A DNA stretch of 64,000 bases. Origin: Macrostomum lignano (taxonomy: Eukaryota). Location of the stretch: contig NIVC01000284.1 of NCBI GenBank assembly GCA_002269645.1, positions 496,001 through 560,000 on the forward strand, written 5' to 3'. Shown here one piece after another: positions 12,877 through 25,757 of this stretch (its first letter is position 1; each line of letters starts with the position of its first letter). Both the position numbers and the translations under genes were made by a program. A model generated the notes under the pieces. It searched no databases. It was not told the origin of the DNA and worked only from the letters and a program-made list of their open reading frames with translations.

Positions 12877-14086
12877 AAAAAAATGTATTAAATAAACATT
12901 TATACTCATAGCATAAAATATATAAAATCCTATTTAAAATCTGTTTTTTATATGTATTTATGTATGTAAAAGTATGTATGCCCTGCTACTTGCAAATGCA
13001 CATTCTACTTATCCCAACAATGATTTACTGCTGCTACAAATTATTTACACCTTTACCCTGGTCCCTGCATCCTATCCTATTCCATGCAACTCCAATTCCA
13101 AAAAGAGAAGAGAGAGAATTGAGGAAATAGGAGAGAAAAGAGAGGAGAGGAGAAGGAAAAGAGTAGAAAGGAGAGGGGAGTGATAGAAAAGACTTAAGAG
13201 GAGTGACTGAAAAGTGGAGATGAATGAGAAGAGTGAAGAGAGGAGAAAAGTTTTAAAGGCCTTAAATCTTAATTTATTACACATTTACTCCAATTTTTTA
13301 CCTCTATCCCCACTACTTACAAGTGTTTGTTTGAGTATGACTTTAGATTTAAGAATGCATGCAAAAACAGTGCCGGGGATCGGAATTCAGCGGGTTTAAA
13401 ATCCGCGGTTTTAACAGCTCGCATAACTTATAAGACTAAGTCATGAGTAATACACGGTCATGCATTAAATGTAGTAAGAGTTCGTAGTTGTAAAAGTTTT
13501 GGCTCAGGTAAATAGTGATAAAACATAAAACAATATAGTAACAATATTTTTTACTTATGTTTAGTTAGTAGCAACGTGCAGATTAAGCCTATATTGTAGC
13601 TAATTGCCGGTTGCCGTGCACGCAATTTAAACACTAGGTGGACGGCTGCGATGCATGCAAATAGAGCACTAGGTAGATAGCCGCCGTGCACGCAATTCTG
13701 AGCTTACGTGAACGGTTGCCGTGCACGCAAGCTCTTCGAAGTGAAAAAGTGAAATCTTTGAGGTCTTTTTAAAGTTTAAGGTGGTTCTACATTTTAAATA
13801 GGTGCGTGGACACAGAGTCATCTTGGAAAGTAGTTAAAACAAATATAAACTGAATTATTTTATAAAAGCTTTAAATCGTTACAAATTCTGCTATAAATAC
13901 TCTAAAAAGTGAGCTTTTAAACTAAAAAAATTGCTAAAGATTTTATCATAAATTAGTCTTCTTCTAATTTAAATGCCCATTACGCTTGATACTTTTTACT
14001 GCAGTTTAAGTAAGAAGTAGGAATAAGTTATATTTTGATAATTATATTTAATTTTCATTACGGTTTATTCACCCGAAGGAAATACA

Positions 14087-17000
14087 ATGCTCATTTTTAA
14101 GGATCTTATTTCTGGTAAGTTTTCTAACTTCTTATTGGTAGTTGTTCAACATGTTAAATTTGAATAGGCCTAAACTCAAACTTGTATTTACTCTTTACTT
14201 TAGGAGTCTTTAACTCAGAATAGGCCTAGGCTAGGCCAAGAATTGACAAGATAGGTTTTTAAAAATTCCAGTGCCACTTTCTCATATCTAAGTAGCCACG
14301 TCTTTAGTTAATATGGTAAAATATAGGTTTTTTTTCCATTGCAAACTCTATGATAACAGTCCACTTCAGTAGGCCTAACAGCCATTTTGGTTATAGCCAC
14401 TTCGGTAACAAAAAATGACTATGTTGGTAATAGCGATTTCAGTAACAAGTGAGAATAATATATAATATGTATTAATTGATATGCTCTGACAAAATGTGTG
14501 AGCAAATGTTAAAGTAGGCACTTCAGTGAGAAAATTAAATTTCAGAAATTGTTATAGGCTGCTATTTCACTAGATAGATCTTACTTTCCCATTTCCAAAA
14601 TGGCCAAACTTTAGTGATTTGGTTGAGTAATAAGGAAACTACAGCTATTTTAGTAACCCCGATTTGTGCCTTTAGCCAATGGAATTTTTACATTACGGTT
14701 TGTGATCATTTTTGGCCAAAAAGTTGGCTTTTTGTCTTTGAACACTTGTAATTAATTTTCTAGCCAACCAAAATGACTGTGCTTGGTGTCATTTTGTTCA
14801 GTTTTTTAGTGTTAATTGTATGAATTATATATTTTAATATTATTTTATATGCCCAAGTTGCTAAGCTAATTGAAACAGGATGGGTATATGAAATTTTGAC
14901 TATTTTAACCAGATACGCAATGATTGCAATTTTAAAAATACAATAGCATCTGTTCTGCTTGCTAAATTTTTACAAGGCTAGTGTCATTTTGTTCAGGTTT
15001 TTACCTACTATAATACTATTCTACTTCTTGCCCTAAATTTTTAATGCATGACAGACACCCCAACTGCAATGTAATGTGCTGTACAGGCTTTGCGCATGGG
15101 TTTATTAAAAAACGGTTTTGCCTATCGTGTTCAGCATAGCAGAATTAGTTAAATGACACAGAGAACTAGTTTGCCCGAAGGCAGAGTCTCACAAAAAACA
15201 CGAAATACACGTTTCAATGGGTATTTTACATGTAAACGTATCAAAAAAAGAAACCTCCACAAAATTTTTGCGCCTATAGCTATTGGCAAGCGGTTTTTTT
15301 TACTGTGCTTGTATTGTCAATAGGTAATGAAAAATATAAAGAGAAACAATGCAGGAAAAGGATTTCATGGAAAATTTTGGATTTGAAATTTTGCATAGAG
15401 CCATATGGGCATTAAAAGAAAAAAAAAATTTTTTTTAACACCAGAAAAATGTTTCTAAATTATCCCTTTACACTATAAAACCTTTGTTTCCATTATAAGA
15501 AACACATTGCAGCTAAGAAAAAGCATTTTCTGAACCACTGTTTTTTTATTCATTTTGGCTTCAATTTTATATTCCTCCTAAAAAATGGTCAACTTTAAAA
15601 GTAGACAGTGCAAAAAGTATAACAAAGCTAGACTTGCAGTTGGTGTCATTTGAAAGAGCTCCTTTTTACCTTTTAAATGCATATTTTACTTTCATCCTGG
15701 CTTCTATAGTTTCTTTAAAATCGCCCTTGAAAAATTGGACTTTTTTCTTACTTTTTTGCCATTGGCACGCACTTCTTATAACTCACTGAAGTCCCTAGTT
15801 AAAGAAAGAATGACAAAACAGTGAAAACACATGTGTACTTAGATCTGTTTAACTTGTTTAAAAGTGTTTTAACCTATCTATTTTAATTTCTGGATGAGTC
15901 CAATACATGCAAATGAGACATCTTGTGCGAACCGATCAAAAGAGCAATAGATTGAAAGGGCAACAGTTAAAAAGGCGATAGCCAATAGTCAAAAGGGCAA
16001 CAGCGTAATAACAATTATAAGTTCACAAGTATAGAGGTATTAGATTTAAATGGCCAAAGTATACATTTATTGTTGTAATGAATTTGTTAAAATGTACAAA
16101 TAGTTAAATATACTGGCTTGCATTGTTCATACCTGCAAAAAACTCATTGTTAATTGGATTAAATATATATGGTGAAATCCAAAAATGTGGGATTAAACGG
16201 TAAAACAAATCTGTGGACATTCAATGGAAAATCCAAAAATAATGTATTTAAAAAAGGTTTATGAAAGATAGATAGGTCTTTAAAAAATAGTTCTAGATAA
16301 AAAACTATTGTTTTCATGCTTTATATTGTTGAATAAATAAGAAAAACCCACAAGAAAGCGTTTGTTCTAGGGGTAACTTCTATCCCTACAAATGATTTCA
16401 CCGCTGTTACCAAGTTGTGACAGGCCTTCAAATTCCCTGCTATCGAATTTATACTGCTGATACTAAATTCTGCTTTTAGTATTTCTAACTGTTTCTTAGA
16501 ATCTCATGTATTTTCTGGGTAGCGTTTTTAGTAGCGTTTCTGGTAGCGTTCTTATGTATTAGTCTGGTAGCGTCTTATGTATTAGTCTGGTAGCGTTCTT
16601 AGTATATGGCCTGAGCGGTCTTACTGGTATATGTACTTTCTCTCTCCAGTCTGGGCGTTACCGAGATTAGAGGGTCACAGTGATTACTCTTAGTACTCTT
16701 TCTGCATGAATTCCCAATTCTGACTTTCAATACCTTTTTTAAATGAGCAAAGATCTGAGAATGTTTATCGAACACGTTTTGAGCTTATAGCTAATGAACG
16801 AGTTATTCTTCCATCCCTTCGGCTCTCTCCTATTTATACCAATCAATCGCGTATATTTAAAACAAACTCTTACAACTTGAGAATATTTCGCGTATTATAA
16901 CAAAAGAATATTAATTTTCGCGTTAGTTCAAAAACAATAATTCCTAGAAATAAGGTACCACTACTACACATTTTTAAAGTCCAAGCTGACCAATTGGCAA

Positions 17001-20000
17001 TTTTTTGTTTCACTTTTTTCATTATTAAACAATTAATTTTAATATACATGCGCAACCTCCAAATTTCGGTTGGTTATGCGACTTAGTTTTAACAAAAATG
17101 CGATGTAGTTTTTGGCAAAAAATGCGACTTACATGTAAAAAAACCCAAAAGCAAAATAAATGCAACTTTGGGTAAATGGCAAGAGTAACTATGACTGTTT
17201 TATAAAGCCAAAATGCCTCATCAGCTACTTAGTATTACTACTCTGTGTTTTTTTTGGGTTGGCATTTTTGCAACTTCCTTGGTTGGCCGCCAAATTGGTC
17301 AGCCAGATCGGCCGACTATTGCGCATGTATGAAGGCTAATATTTTACTACTTACAAAATAGAAAGTAATCTGTGTTTTGCTTTTTATTCTATTCAAAAAG
17401 ATGAAGTATTTCTAAGGATTTCAAAGTTTTTCTAAAACCACATAAACTCGCGAAAATTCATACTAATTTAAAGTGCAAAGTTTACCAACAAACATCTTTC
17501 TCTAAAAGTATATATATTGCTAATTCCTTGTTGCAAAATAATCTTTAAGTTGTTTTCTTTCATTTAAATATCAACTTGCATAGTATTAATGTTTGTAATA
17601 TGCCTATATTTAGACTTAAAAATTTTGGGTAAAAAATGGTACCACTAAATGTGAACCCGGCATCCAAATCAAATGCTTCCTATATGCTTATAAAGCAACG
17701 AAGAACAATGAAATTACACTAAAACATGTATCATCGCGGCATATATGTAGGAAAAAAGAATTTTCCAAATTGCTTTAGTAAAAGCGAAGTAAAATGCAAT
17801 TTTCCAATCCTTATGGAAATTCCAATGTGTTACCCAGCTTCCAAATCAGATGCTTACTGCATGCTCATTAAGCAACAAAGAACAATGAAATTACACTAAA
17901 ACATGTATCACCGCGGCATGTATGCAGGAAAAAAAGAATTTTTCAAATTGCTTTGGTAGAAGCTGAGTAAAATGCAAATTTCCGATCCTTATGGGAATTT
18001 GTATGTTTAAATAATAAACTTACGTTGAATACAATTTATTGCAAATAAACTCTACAAAATACACATTGTCAAGAGTTATGAAAGTGATAAACAAATAAAC
18101 CCTTAAAAATAATGTTAAATATATTGTAGAATTATATAGTGTAACATTATAAGATAGTTAAAGTTAATAAAATATATTATTATAGCTTTTCTATCATTTT
18201 CATTAGAGTCATTTTAGGTTGTAATTAAACTTACCATTTTAACAAATCATTTTATTAAAAATAAAGCTATACATAAATAATTTGTGCTTTTAATGACTTT
18301 TTTACCTTTTAAAAACTTAAATAAATCAATTTTATAGCTTTATTGCTTTCAAATTGCCAAAAAATGAATTTTTATAAAACTTGCCCCCGATTTTTGGATT
18401 TTGCCATATACTGATGTACTAATACATGTACATTTGGCTTTATAGGATCACATAATAAAATTGTATGGCAATTAATAATATGAGTATATTCTACACACAC
18501 CCCATTTTTACATATAAAAATGAATGGGTTCTCCATCCACACTCAACTGTATTACGCCTCTATCAGTTTAAGCTAAACCCCAAAATGAACAAAATGAAAT
18601 AGGCTTCTTCAAGTTTATATTGATAAAATACTTCCAATTTTTCTAAAACTTGCGGTAGAAACTTATGGGGCACCTAAAAACTTTTGTGCTACAACAATAA
18701 CAGATCTTTTTTTGTTTTATGTTTGACACTAGCTGTTGAAACCTGCAAAATTTAAACCCAGGGAATTCCAATCCTTGGAACTATTTTTGCCTGTTTTCTA
18801 AAGTCTAAAGTCATACATAAACAAAAAATTGTTAATAGTTAAAGGTTAATAGACTTGTTAATAGTTAGAGGTTAATAGACTTGTTAATAGATAGAGATAA
18901 ATATAAATGGAGTAAATTTGTATAAAATTAAGATTTGAGGCAAGCATTGATCTCATTGGCTAGGGTGTTGTATAGAATATCAGGCAATGTCTGTCTAAAA
19001 CATGTATTGAAAAACTCTGACCTCTGCCTTTGCCTCTCTCTATTTCCCTTGGAATCCTTTAAAACTTCTATCTTTGCTTCTGTTTCCTTTCTTCTCTTGT
19101 CTTTTGTCTTTATTGTCATCTCTTCTCTTCTTTCCTCTCCTCTCTCCTCTCTCCCCTCTTCTCTTGTCTCTTCCCCCACCTGTTTTCTCTCTTGCCTTTA
19201 ATCTCTCATCTCTCCTTTCTCTTCTTTTATCTCTGCTCTTGTATCTCTTAACATTTCTCTCTTTTCAGATCTCTCATCTCTCTTATCTCATTTCTTCCCT
19301 CTTTTTTATTCTCTTCTCTTTCCTTACTCTTTTCTCTCTCCTCTCCTCTCCCCTCTTTTCTCCCCTCTTCCCTCTCATCTCTTCTCTCTCTTTTTAATCT
19401 CTCTGCTCTCCACTCTCCCATCTCTCTTCTCTCTACTTTCTCCCCTCCTTATTCCCCTCTTTCCTCTCCCTTCTCTCCCCTGTTCTGTTAATTCTCTGCC
19501 CTCTCCTCTCCTCACTCCATTTCTTTCTCCATTTGTCTCTCTTCTCTACTCTCACACATTTCTCTTCTCCTTCTCTCCTTTCATTTCCATAATCTCTTCT
19601 CTTCTCTGTTCTCTACTCTCTTATCTCTGTTCTCTCATCTCCCCTCTTTTCTGTCAACTTTACTCTTTTATATGTTCTCCTATCTCTTTTCTCTGTACTC
19701 ATTTATTTCCCATCTTTGACTCCTCTCTTTCCTTTTTCCTTTCCTCTCTTCTCTTCTCTTCCCTCTTTTATGCTCTCTTCCTGTATTCTCTCTTCACTTC
19801 TCTCCACTATCCTCTCTTCTCCTTCATCTCTCATCTCTTATTTCTTATCTTTCCTTTTATCTCTCTCATCTCTACAATCTCATCTCTTTCCTCTCTCCTC
19901 CTCTTCCTTTTACTCTAAAATCTCTCCTTTCTCCTCTCTTCTTTCTCAGCTCTCTCTCTTTCTCTCTCTCTCATTTCTTTCTCCTCTCTTCTCATTCTTC

Positions 20001-23000
20001 TTTCCCTCTCTTATCTCCTCTCCTCTATCCTTTCTAATCTTTCCTCTCAATCCTTTCTCCCCTCATCTTGCTTCTTCTTCCCATATTCTTTGCTCTTTCC
20101 TCACCCCTTTGTCTCTCCTCTTATCTTCTATCTTTTCTTTTGTCCCCTTCTCGCCTTTCCTCTCTTTCTAATAGTCTATTCCTTCTCCTTTCCACTCTCA
20201 TCTGGCCCACAGCCATGAGCTGGATTCTTTATATGGCCTTTGAGGTAAATATCTGCCAATCCCTGCTTTGAAAGCCAGTTTTTAGGATGTACTTGTTATC
20301 ATTTCTCATACTTTAATCACGTCATCTCTCTGGCCAATTAGTAGCCCTGAGAGGAATCTCTAGCTCCACAACCACCACCAGTCTGTACTCTGCAGCTGTC
20401 TAACAACCAAAGAACAATGCATTTCTTAGGAGCCATTTAAATTTTCAAGTACCTTATATGAAACTTAATGTTAAAGTTTCATGATGTAACTAATTTAGTA
20501 AGATTGCATTGTAATCAATTATTCATTAATTTTTCACTATTTTTACAAACCACCCTGCATTGCCACAGACTTGTCTATACAGAGGACAGTGGTTTAAATC
20601 TCTCACTAAACTGTCATGGTTAAATGTAGCTTCTCCATGTGCAGGGGTGCAGAGAAGGTTATTAAAAAGTTATTCCAAAACACTGTACATTTGCTATGTA
20701 CATTCAGCCCTATTGCCTGACCTTTCGTCTGGGCTTGGGAATTAGGGAGTGAGTGGCACAAACAACAGAAAAAGCAGACAAACTTCACATGCTTACAGTT
20801 TCTGTTCTGATTGAGATACAAAGTTGAGACTTTATATTTAGACAATGAATGAGTCAAAGAAGAATTGTGTCAAGTTTCAAGTCAATAGCTTCACGTGGAG
20901 CAAACTTATGGCAGCCAAAAGTTAGTCATTTTAAAACATATTTGCACCCTTTGCCCAGATTGGGAAAGAGAGGCAGGCAGGCAGAGGTTGGGGTGGCTGC
21001 CATGCTAAAAAATACAGCCTAACTTTAAAAGTGCACAGTGCCATTCATAATCAACTTTAAGACTTGAATTTTTACACAATTGTGTCAAAATAGTTGAAGA
21101 TTAATTGTGTCAAATTTGAAGACAATTGGTAAAAGTGGAGCGGCGCTATAGAGGATTTAGTGAAAAAATTGCACATTTTGAGCAGTTTTTTGCACTTTAA
21201 GGTGTGAAGACTCAAATTTAGGAAATTAAGGTAGCCATTTCAGGTATGACACTTTCCATAGAGAATTTAGGGTAGGGGCAAAATTTGGTGTAGTTTGGTT
21301 AAGCAGTGTGGGAGTCCATAGCAAAGTAATTTGTATACAGACACACAGAGTTTTGATTTTTATATGTATGAGATTTATATATTGTAGAGATTTGTATTTA
21401 CATTATAAAAAAGTGTCATGTATATTTCTCCTTTACAGTAACTTGGTAATAAAATTATCAATTTTAGTATTAAGATGACTTATGCAAGAACAAAATCTAA
21501 CAGAAAGTAGCCCTATAGTATTACTTGCTATAGATAATATTGAGCTACTCTGTTTTATTTATTGGGTAACTATATTTATAGCAATTAGTAAAAAATGAAA
21601 ATAATCTAGAAAAAAAGCATAGAAATGCTCTGTCTATTTATAAATTGATAATAAATTAGCTCAAACCACATTTCCTTACTGTACCAAGTTTAGAAGGATC
21701 TTTGATTGACGTTTCTTGAAAATATTTTCATTTTTAATATCCTCTTTAAACATTATATTTTAAATTTTAATGGATGATATTAGACAAACCAAAGATGTAG
21801 TGATGTAGAATAACTTTTTTTTACTTTTCTACTTTTTTTCAGGCGACGAGCTTGCCTCAGACTCCTATCCCTACAAGTATGTGGACGATATTGCTATTGA
21901 AATTGAAGGCAAGATGATCACAGTCAGCAATGCCATCGATGACAGAATGATTGGCGGCAACGCCTCGGCTGAGGAGGCTGGCGAAGGCACTGATGATGGC
22001 ACCGAGTCTAAGATCAATGTTGTGTACAGCCACCAGTTGGTTGAGACCCAATTCGACAAGAAGAGCTACCTGGCCTACCTGAAAGGCTACCTGAAGCGTA
22101 TCGAGAAGAAACTGGAGGAGAACAACCCCGACAGGGTTGAAGCCTTCAAAACTGGTGCACAGAAGTTTGTGAAAGAGCGCGTGTTGGCCAACTTCAGCAA
22201 TTGGCAGTTCTTCACTGGCGAAAAGATGGACCCCGATGCCATGGTTGTGCTCATGGACTATAGGGAGGACGGCATGACGCCTTATTTTGTCCTGTTCAAG
22301 GATGGCCTGATTGAGGAGAAATGCGTAAGTGCTTTTTAGTAATCTCACAAATCCCCAATGTCCCAATGGCTAGAATCTCCCTGATCCCCTATAGAATCTA
22401 CTAGATCCCTAATAAAAAACTCCCTGATCCCCAATAGAATTTTCCAGATGCACGAAAAAATCTCCCAGATCCCCGATAAAAATCTCTGAGATCTCCAATA
22501 GAATATCTCAGATCCCTAATAAAAATTTTCCAGATCTCCAATAGAATCTCCCATATTCCTAATAAAAATCTCCCAGATCCCTAACAGAAACTCCCAGATC
22601 TCCAATAGAATCTCCCATATTCCTAATAAAAATCTCCCAGATCCCTAACAGAAACTCCCAGATCTCCAATAGAATCTCCCATATTCCTAATAAAAATCTC
22701 CCAGATCCCTAACAGAAACTCCCAGATCTCCAATAGAATCTCCCATATTCCTAATAAAAATCTCCCAGATCCCTAACAGAAACTCCCAGATCCCCAATAG
22801 AATATCCCAGATTCCCAAATAAATCTCCCAGATCCTTAAATGAATCTCCCAGATCCCCAAATGAATCTCCCAGATCCCCAAATGAATCTCCCAGATCCCT
22901 AATAGAATTTCCCAGTTGCCCAGTAAAATTTCCCAGATCCCAATAGAATTTCCCAGATCCCCAATAGAATCTCCCAGATCCCCAAATAAATCTCCCAGAT

Positions 23001-23427
23001 CCTTTAATGAATCTCCCAGATCCCCAATTGAATCTCCCAGATCCCCAAATGAATCTCCCAGATCCCCAATAGAATTTCCCAGCTGCCCAATAAAGTTTCC
23101 CAGATCCCAATAGAATTTCCCTAACAGATCCCAATAGAATTTCCCAGATCCCCAATAAAAATCTCCCAGATCCCCAATAAAAATCTCCCAGATCCCCAAT
23201 AGAATTTCCCAGCTGCCCAATTTCCCGATGGCTAGAATCTCCCAAATCCAAATCTCACAGTTAAGTCTAATCAAGATCACCTGATACCCTATTAGCCAAT
23301 GTCAAAGCCACAGCCTGTACATTGGTTAATTTATACATTTTTCAGCGTATCATAAATAGTTTCAAACATCCCCATAAAATTCTACAATATCCAATTGTCT
23401 GTGCATCAAATTCACCCATTTCAGTAA
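14087..23427 (+). CDS. TPT1: Translationally controlled tumour protein, 170 aa
   Basis: Exon 14087-14114 (MLIFKDLISG|gtaagt), exon 21843-22324 (DELASDSYP...IGGNASAEE...FFTGEKMDPDAMVVLMDYREDGMTPY...EEKC|gtaagt), terminal exon starting with TAA at 23425 after ttcag. AATAAA cluster near 23875-23890. Confidence 0.95.
17047..17327. mobile_element. Possible TA-target MITE
   Basis: TA-CATGCGCAA...TTGCGCATG-TA; the TIR is only 9 bp. Confidence 0.3.
17660..18000. repeat. Two-copy ~178-bp direct repeat
   Basis: CCAAATCA.ATGCTT...GAACAATGAAATTACACTAAAACATGTATCA occurs twice in tandem. Confidence 0.8.
20990..21375 (+). mobile_element. Probable non-autonomous Helitron/HINE-like remnant in TCTP intron 1
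   Basis: Ends with AAATTTGGTGTAGTTTGG...ACAGACACACAGAG...TTTTATATGTATGAGAT, resembling the 3' ends of such invertebrate elements (recognised from memory only). Confidence 0.35.
22340..23245. repeat. ~21-bp minisatellite in TCTP intron 2
   Basis: GAATCTCCCAGATCCCC core. Confidence 0.9.
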
Positions 23428-24059
23428 AGACCCTGTTCAGCATACTCGACTGGCATCGTTGGAATGGAACACCCGAAGCAGCCTGCCATGTTCTGCCGCA
23501 ACTAATAATAATAACAACAATAATAATAATAATAATAACCGCTTGTAAGACTGCAGCAATCCAATTTTAAACCTAATTACCTTATTGAGTTTGATCAGTG
23601 TTTAATTCCAACATCGGTTTCCTCGATTTAAGTTAATTAATATACAATTATAATTTAACTGCTAATGCGCCCTTAATTATTATTATATTATTATTAAGTA
23701 ACTATTATTCCGAAATGTCTAATTGCTAATTGCTGTCGTGACAGAACGAATTTCGATTAAATAATTATAATTATTAGATCAAAATTTATTACTGAACTAG
23801 TAGGGTCTCTGGTCTGCTATCGCGTTTCAACTCGCCTTGGTTACGCATCAATTCTGTCCGGTTATTACATTTTAATAAATAAAATAAAACTGTATTTCAA
23901 TCAATTTACTATTTTATTGTGGCGGACTAACTATTTGACAGAGAAAACTGCAAATACTTTGCATACTACTGAGAGTATGTCGAGTTTAAAATGTTACTGC
24001 TTTTAATATAGGCAGGCGCTTAAGGTATGATCCCTCCTAGATCCCCAGCAGTGTCCTAA

Positions 24060-24825
24060 TAACTAGAATCTCCCAGATCCCCAATGTCCCATTGGCTATA
24101 GAATCTCCCAGATCCCCAATGTCCCATTTGGCTTTAGAATCTCCCAGATCCCCAAATGTTCCATTGGCTGTAGAATCTCCCATATTCCCAAATGTGCCAT
24201 TGGCTATAGAATCTCCCAGATCCCCAATGTCCCATTGGCTGTAGAATCTCCCAGATCCCCAATGTCCCATTGGCTATAGAATCTCCCAGATCCCCAATGT
24301 CCCATTTGGCTTTAGAATCTCCCAGATCCCAAATGTCTCATTTGGCTATAGAATCTCCCAGATCCCCAATGTCCCATTTGGCTTTAGAATCTCCCAGATC
24401 CCCAATGTCCCATTTGGCTTTAGAATCTCCCAGATTCCCAAATGTGCCATTGGCTATAGAATCTCCCATATTCCCAAATGTCCCATTGGCTGTAGAATCT
24501 CCCATATTCCCAAATGTGCCATTGGCTGTTGAATCTCCCAGATCCCCAATGTCCCATTTGGCTTTAGAATCTCCCAGATCCCAAATGTCTCATTTGGCTT
24601 TAGAATCTCCCAGATCCCAAATGTCTCATTTGGCTTTAGAATCTCCCAGATCCCAAATGTCTCATTTGGCTTTAGAATCTCCCAGATCCCCAAATGTTCC
24701 ATTGGCTGTAGAATCTCCCAGATCCCCTATGTCCCATTTGGCTTTAGAATCTCCCAGATCCCAAATTTCCCTTTTGGCTTTAGAATCTCCCAGATCCCCA
24801 ATGTCCTATTTGGCTTTAGAATGTC
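24060..24825. repeat. ~36-bp minisatellite downstream of TCTP
   Basis: AGAATCTCCCAGATCCCCAATGTCCCATTTGGCTTT units. Confidence 0.95.
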
Positions 24826-25757
24826 CTACTGATAGTTACAATCTCACAGATCCCAAATCGCTTGTTCAGATCTCAGAATTATTTATTTTGGTGTAGTTAA
24901 AATTATGAAATGACAGTGTAATATTAGCGCAAACACAATTTTCGAAACAATCGATATATTATAAAATCTAGCTACAGAACAAGTGTATTTAATATTTTCA
25001 AGGCTTAGAAGATGATGACGTTGAAATTAATGAACGTTATAGTTATGGAACAACATTGTATGAAGATGTTATAGCATAAATATTTCATATTAAATAAATG
25101 ATATTTTAAGGGAAAAAAACTAGGCATGTGCCTACCTACTGCTTGAGTACAGTAGTATAACTAGGTAAGTGTTTAATTTAGGTGCACTATAACCGTGCGG
25201 TTATGCAATTATAACGAATGAAAATGCGAATGATTATACGATTTTAAAAATTACAACTTTAGAGGTTCTGTACGACTAGTTGAGATTGACTGCACATTTA
25301 GCTAGAGGCTGGTTCTTGCTGCAAAATGACTTTCAACTGAGTTCACCTCCTTAATTACCATCTAGATTAAGAGTTTGCTCTCTATCCGACTTTCGGGTTC
25401 CTTTGAAACTTTACGATGGTTTGCTGAAGGTCTCTCCCCTTCTCTCTCCTCTCCCCTTCTATTTGTGCACAGTCTGAATGAGATTTTGCTACAGACTAAT
25501 TTTATCGAAAAATGAAAATTGCTGATGCATTTTTGCAGCTTAAACCGCATTTTTCTCATGCTAAATTTGCACAAATTGCGAGTGTACAGCGTCGTGTATA
25601 GTATCTCTATGTGCAGCATGTAAATGTGGCAGAGCCTATAATGTAAGAGGAGGGTTTAGAGTGAGATATCATAGCTAGCTATGCTATAACATGTCTTTTG
25701 TATTGTTAGGAATAGAAATCTTAATGCTGATTTATAGGTATTATGTAAACGGAAATC

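Larger units (their letters stand above)
13258..18940. repeat. Inverted pair of a dispersed repeat (13258-13420 and 18730-18940), each continuing outward into a GA/CT tract
   Basis: GTATGACTTTAGA...GGAATTC..GGGTTTAAA and AAATCTTAATTT...ATTTACTCCA appear in reverse complement at both sites; GA-rich 13100-13255, CT-rich 19020-20190. Confidence 0.7.
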
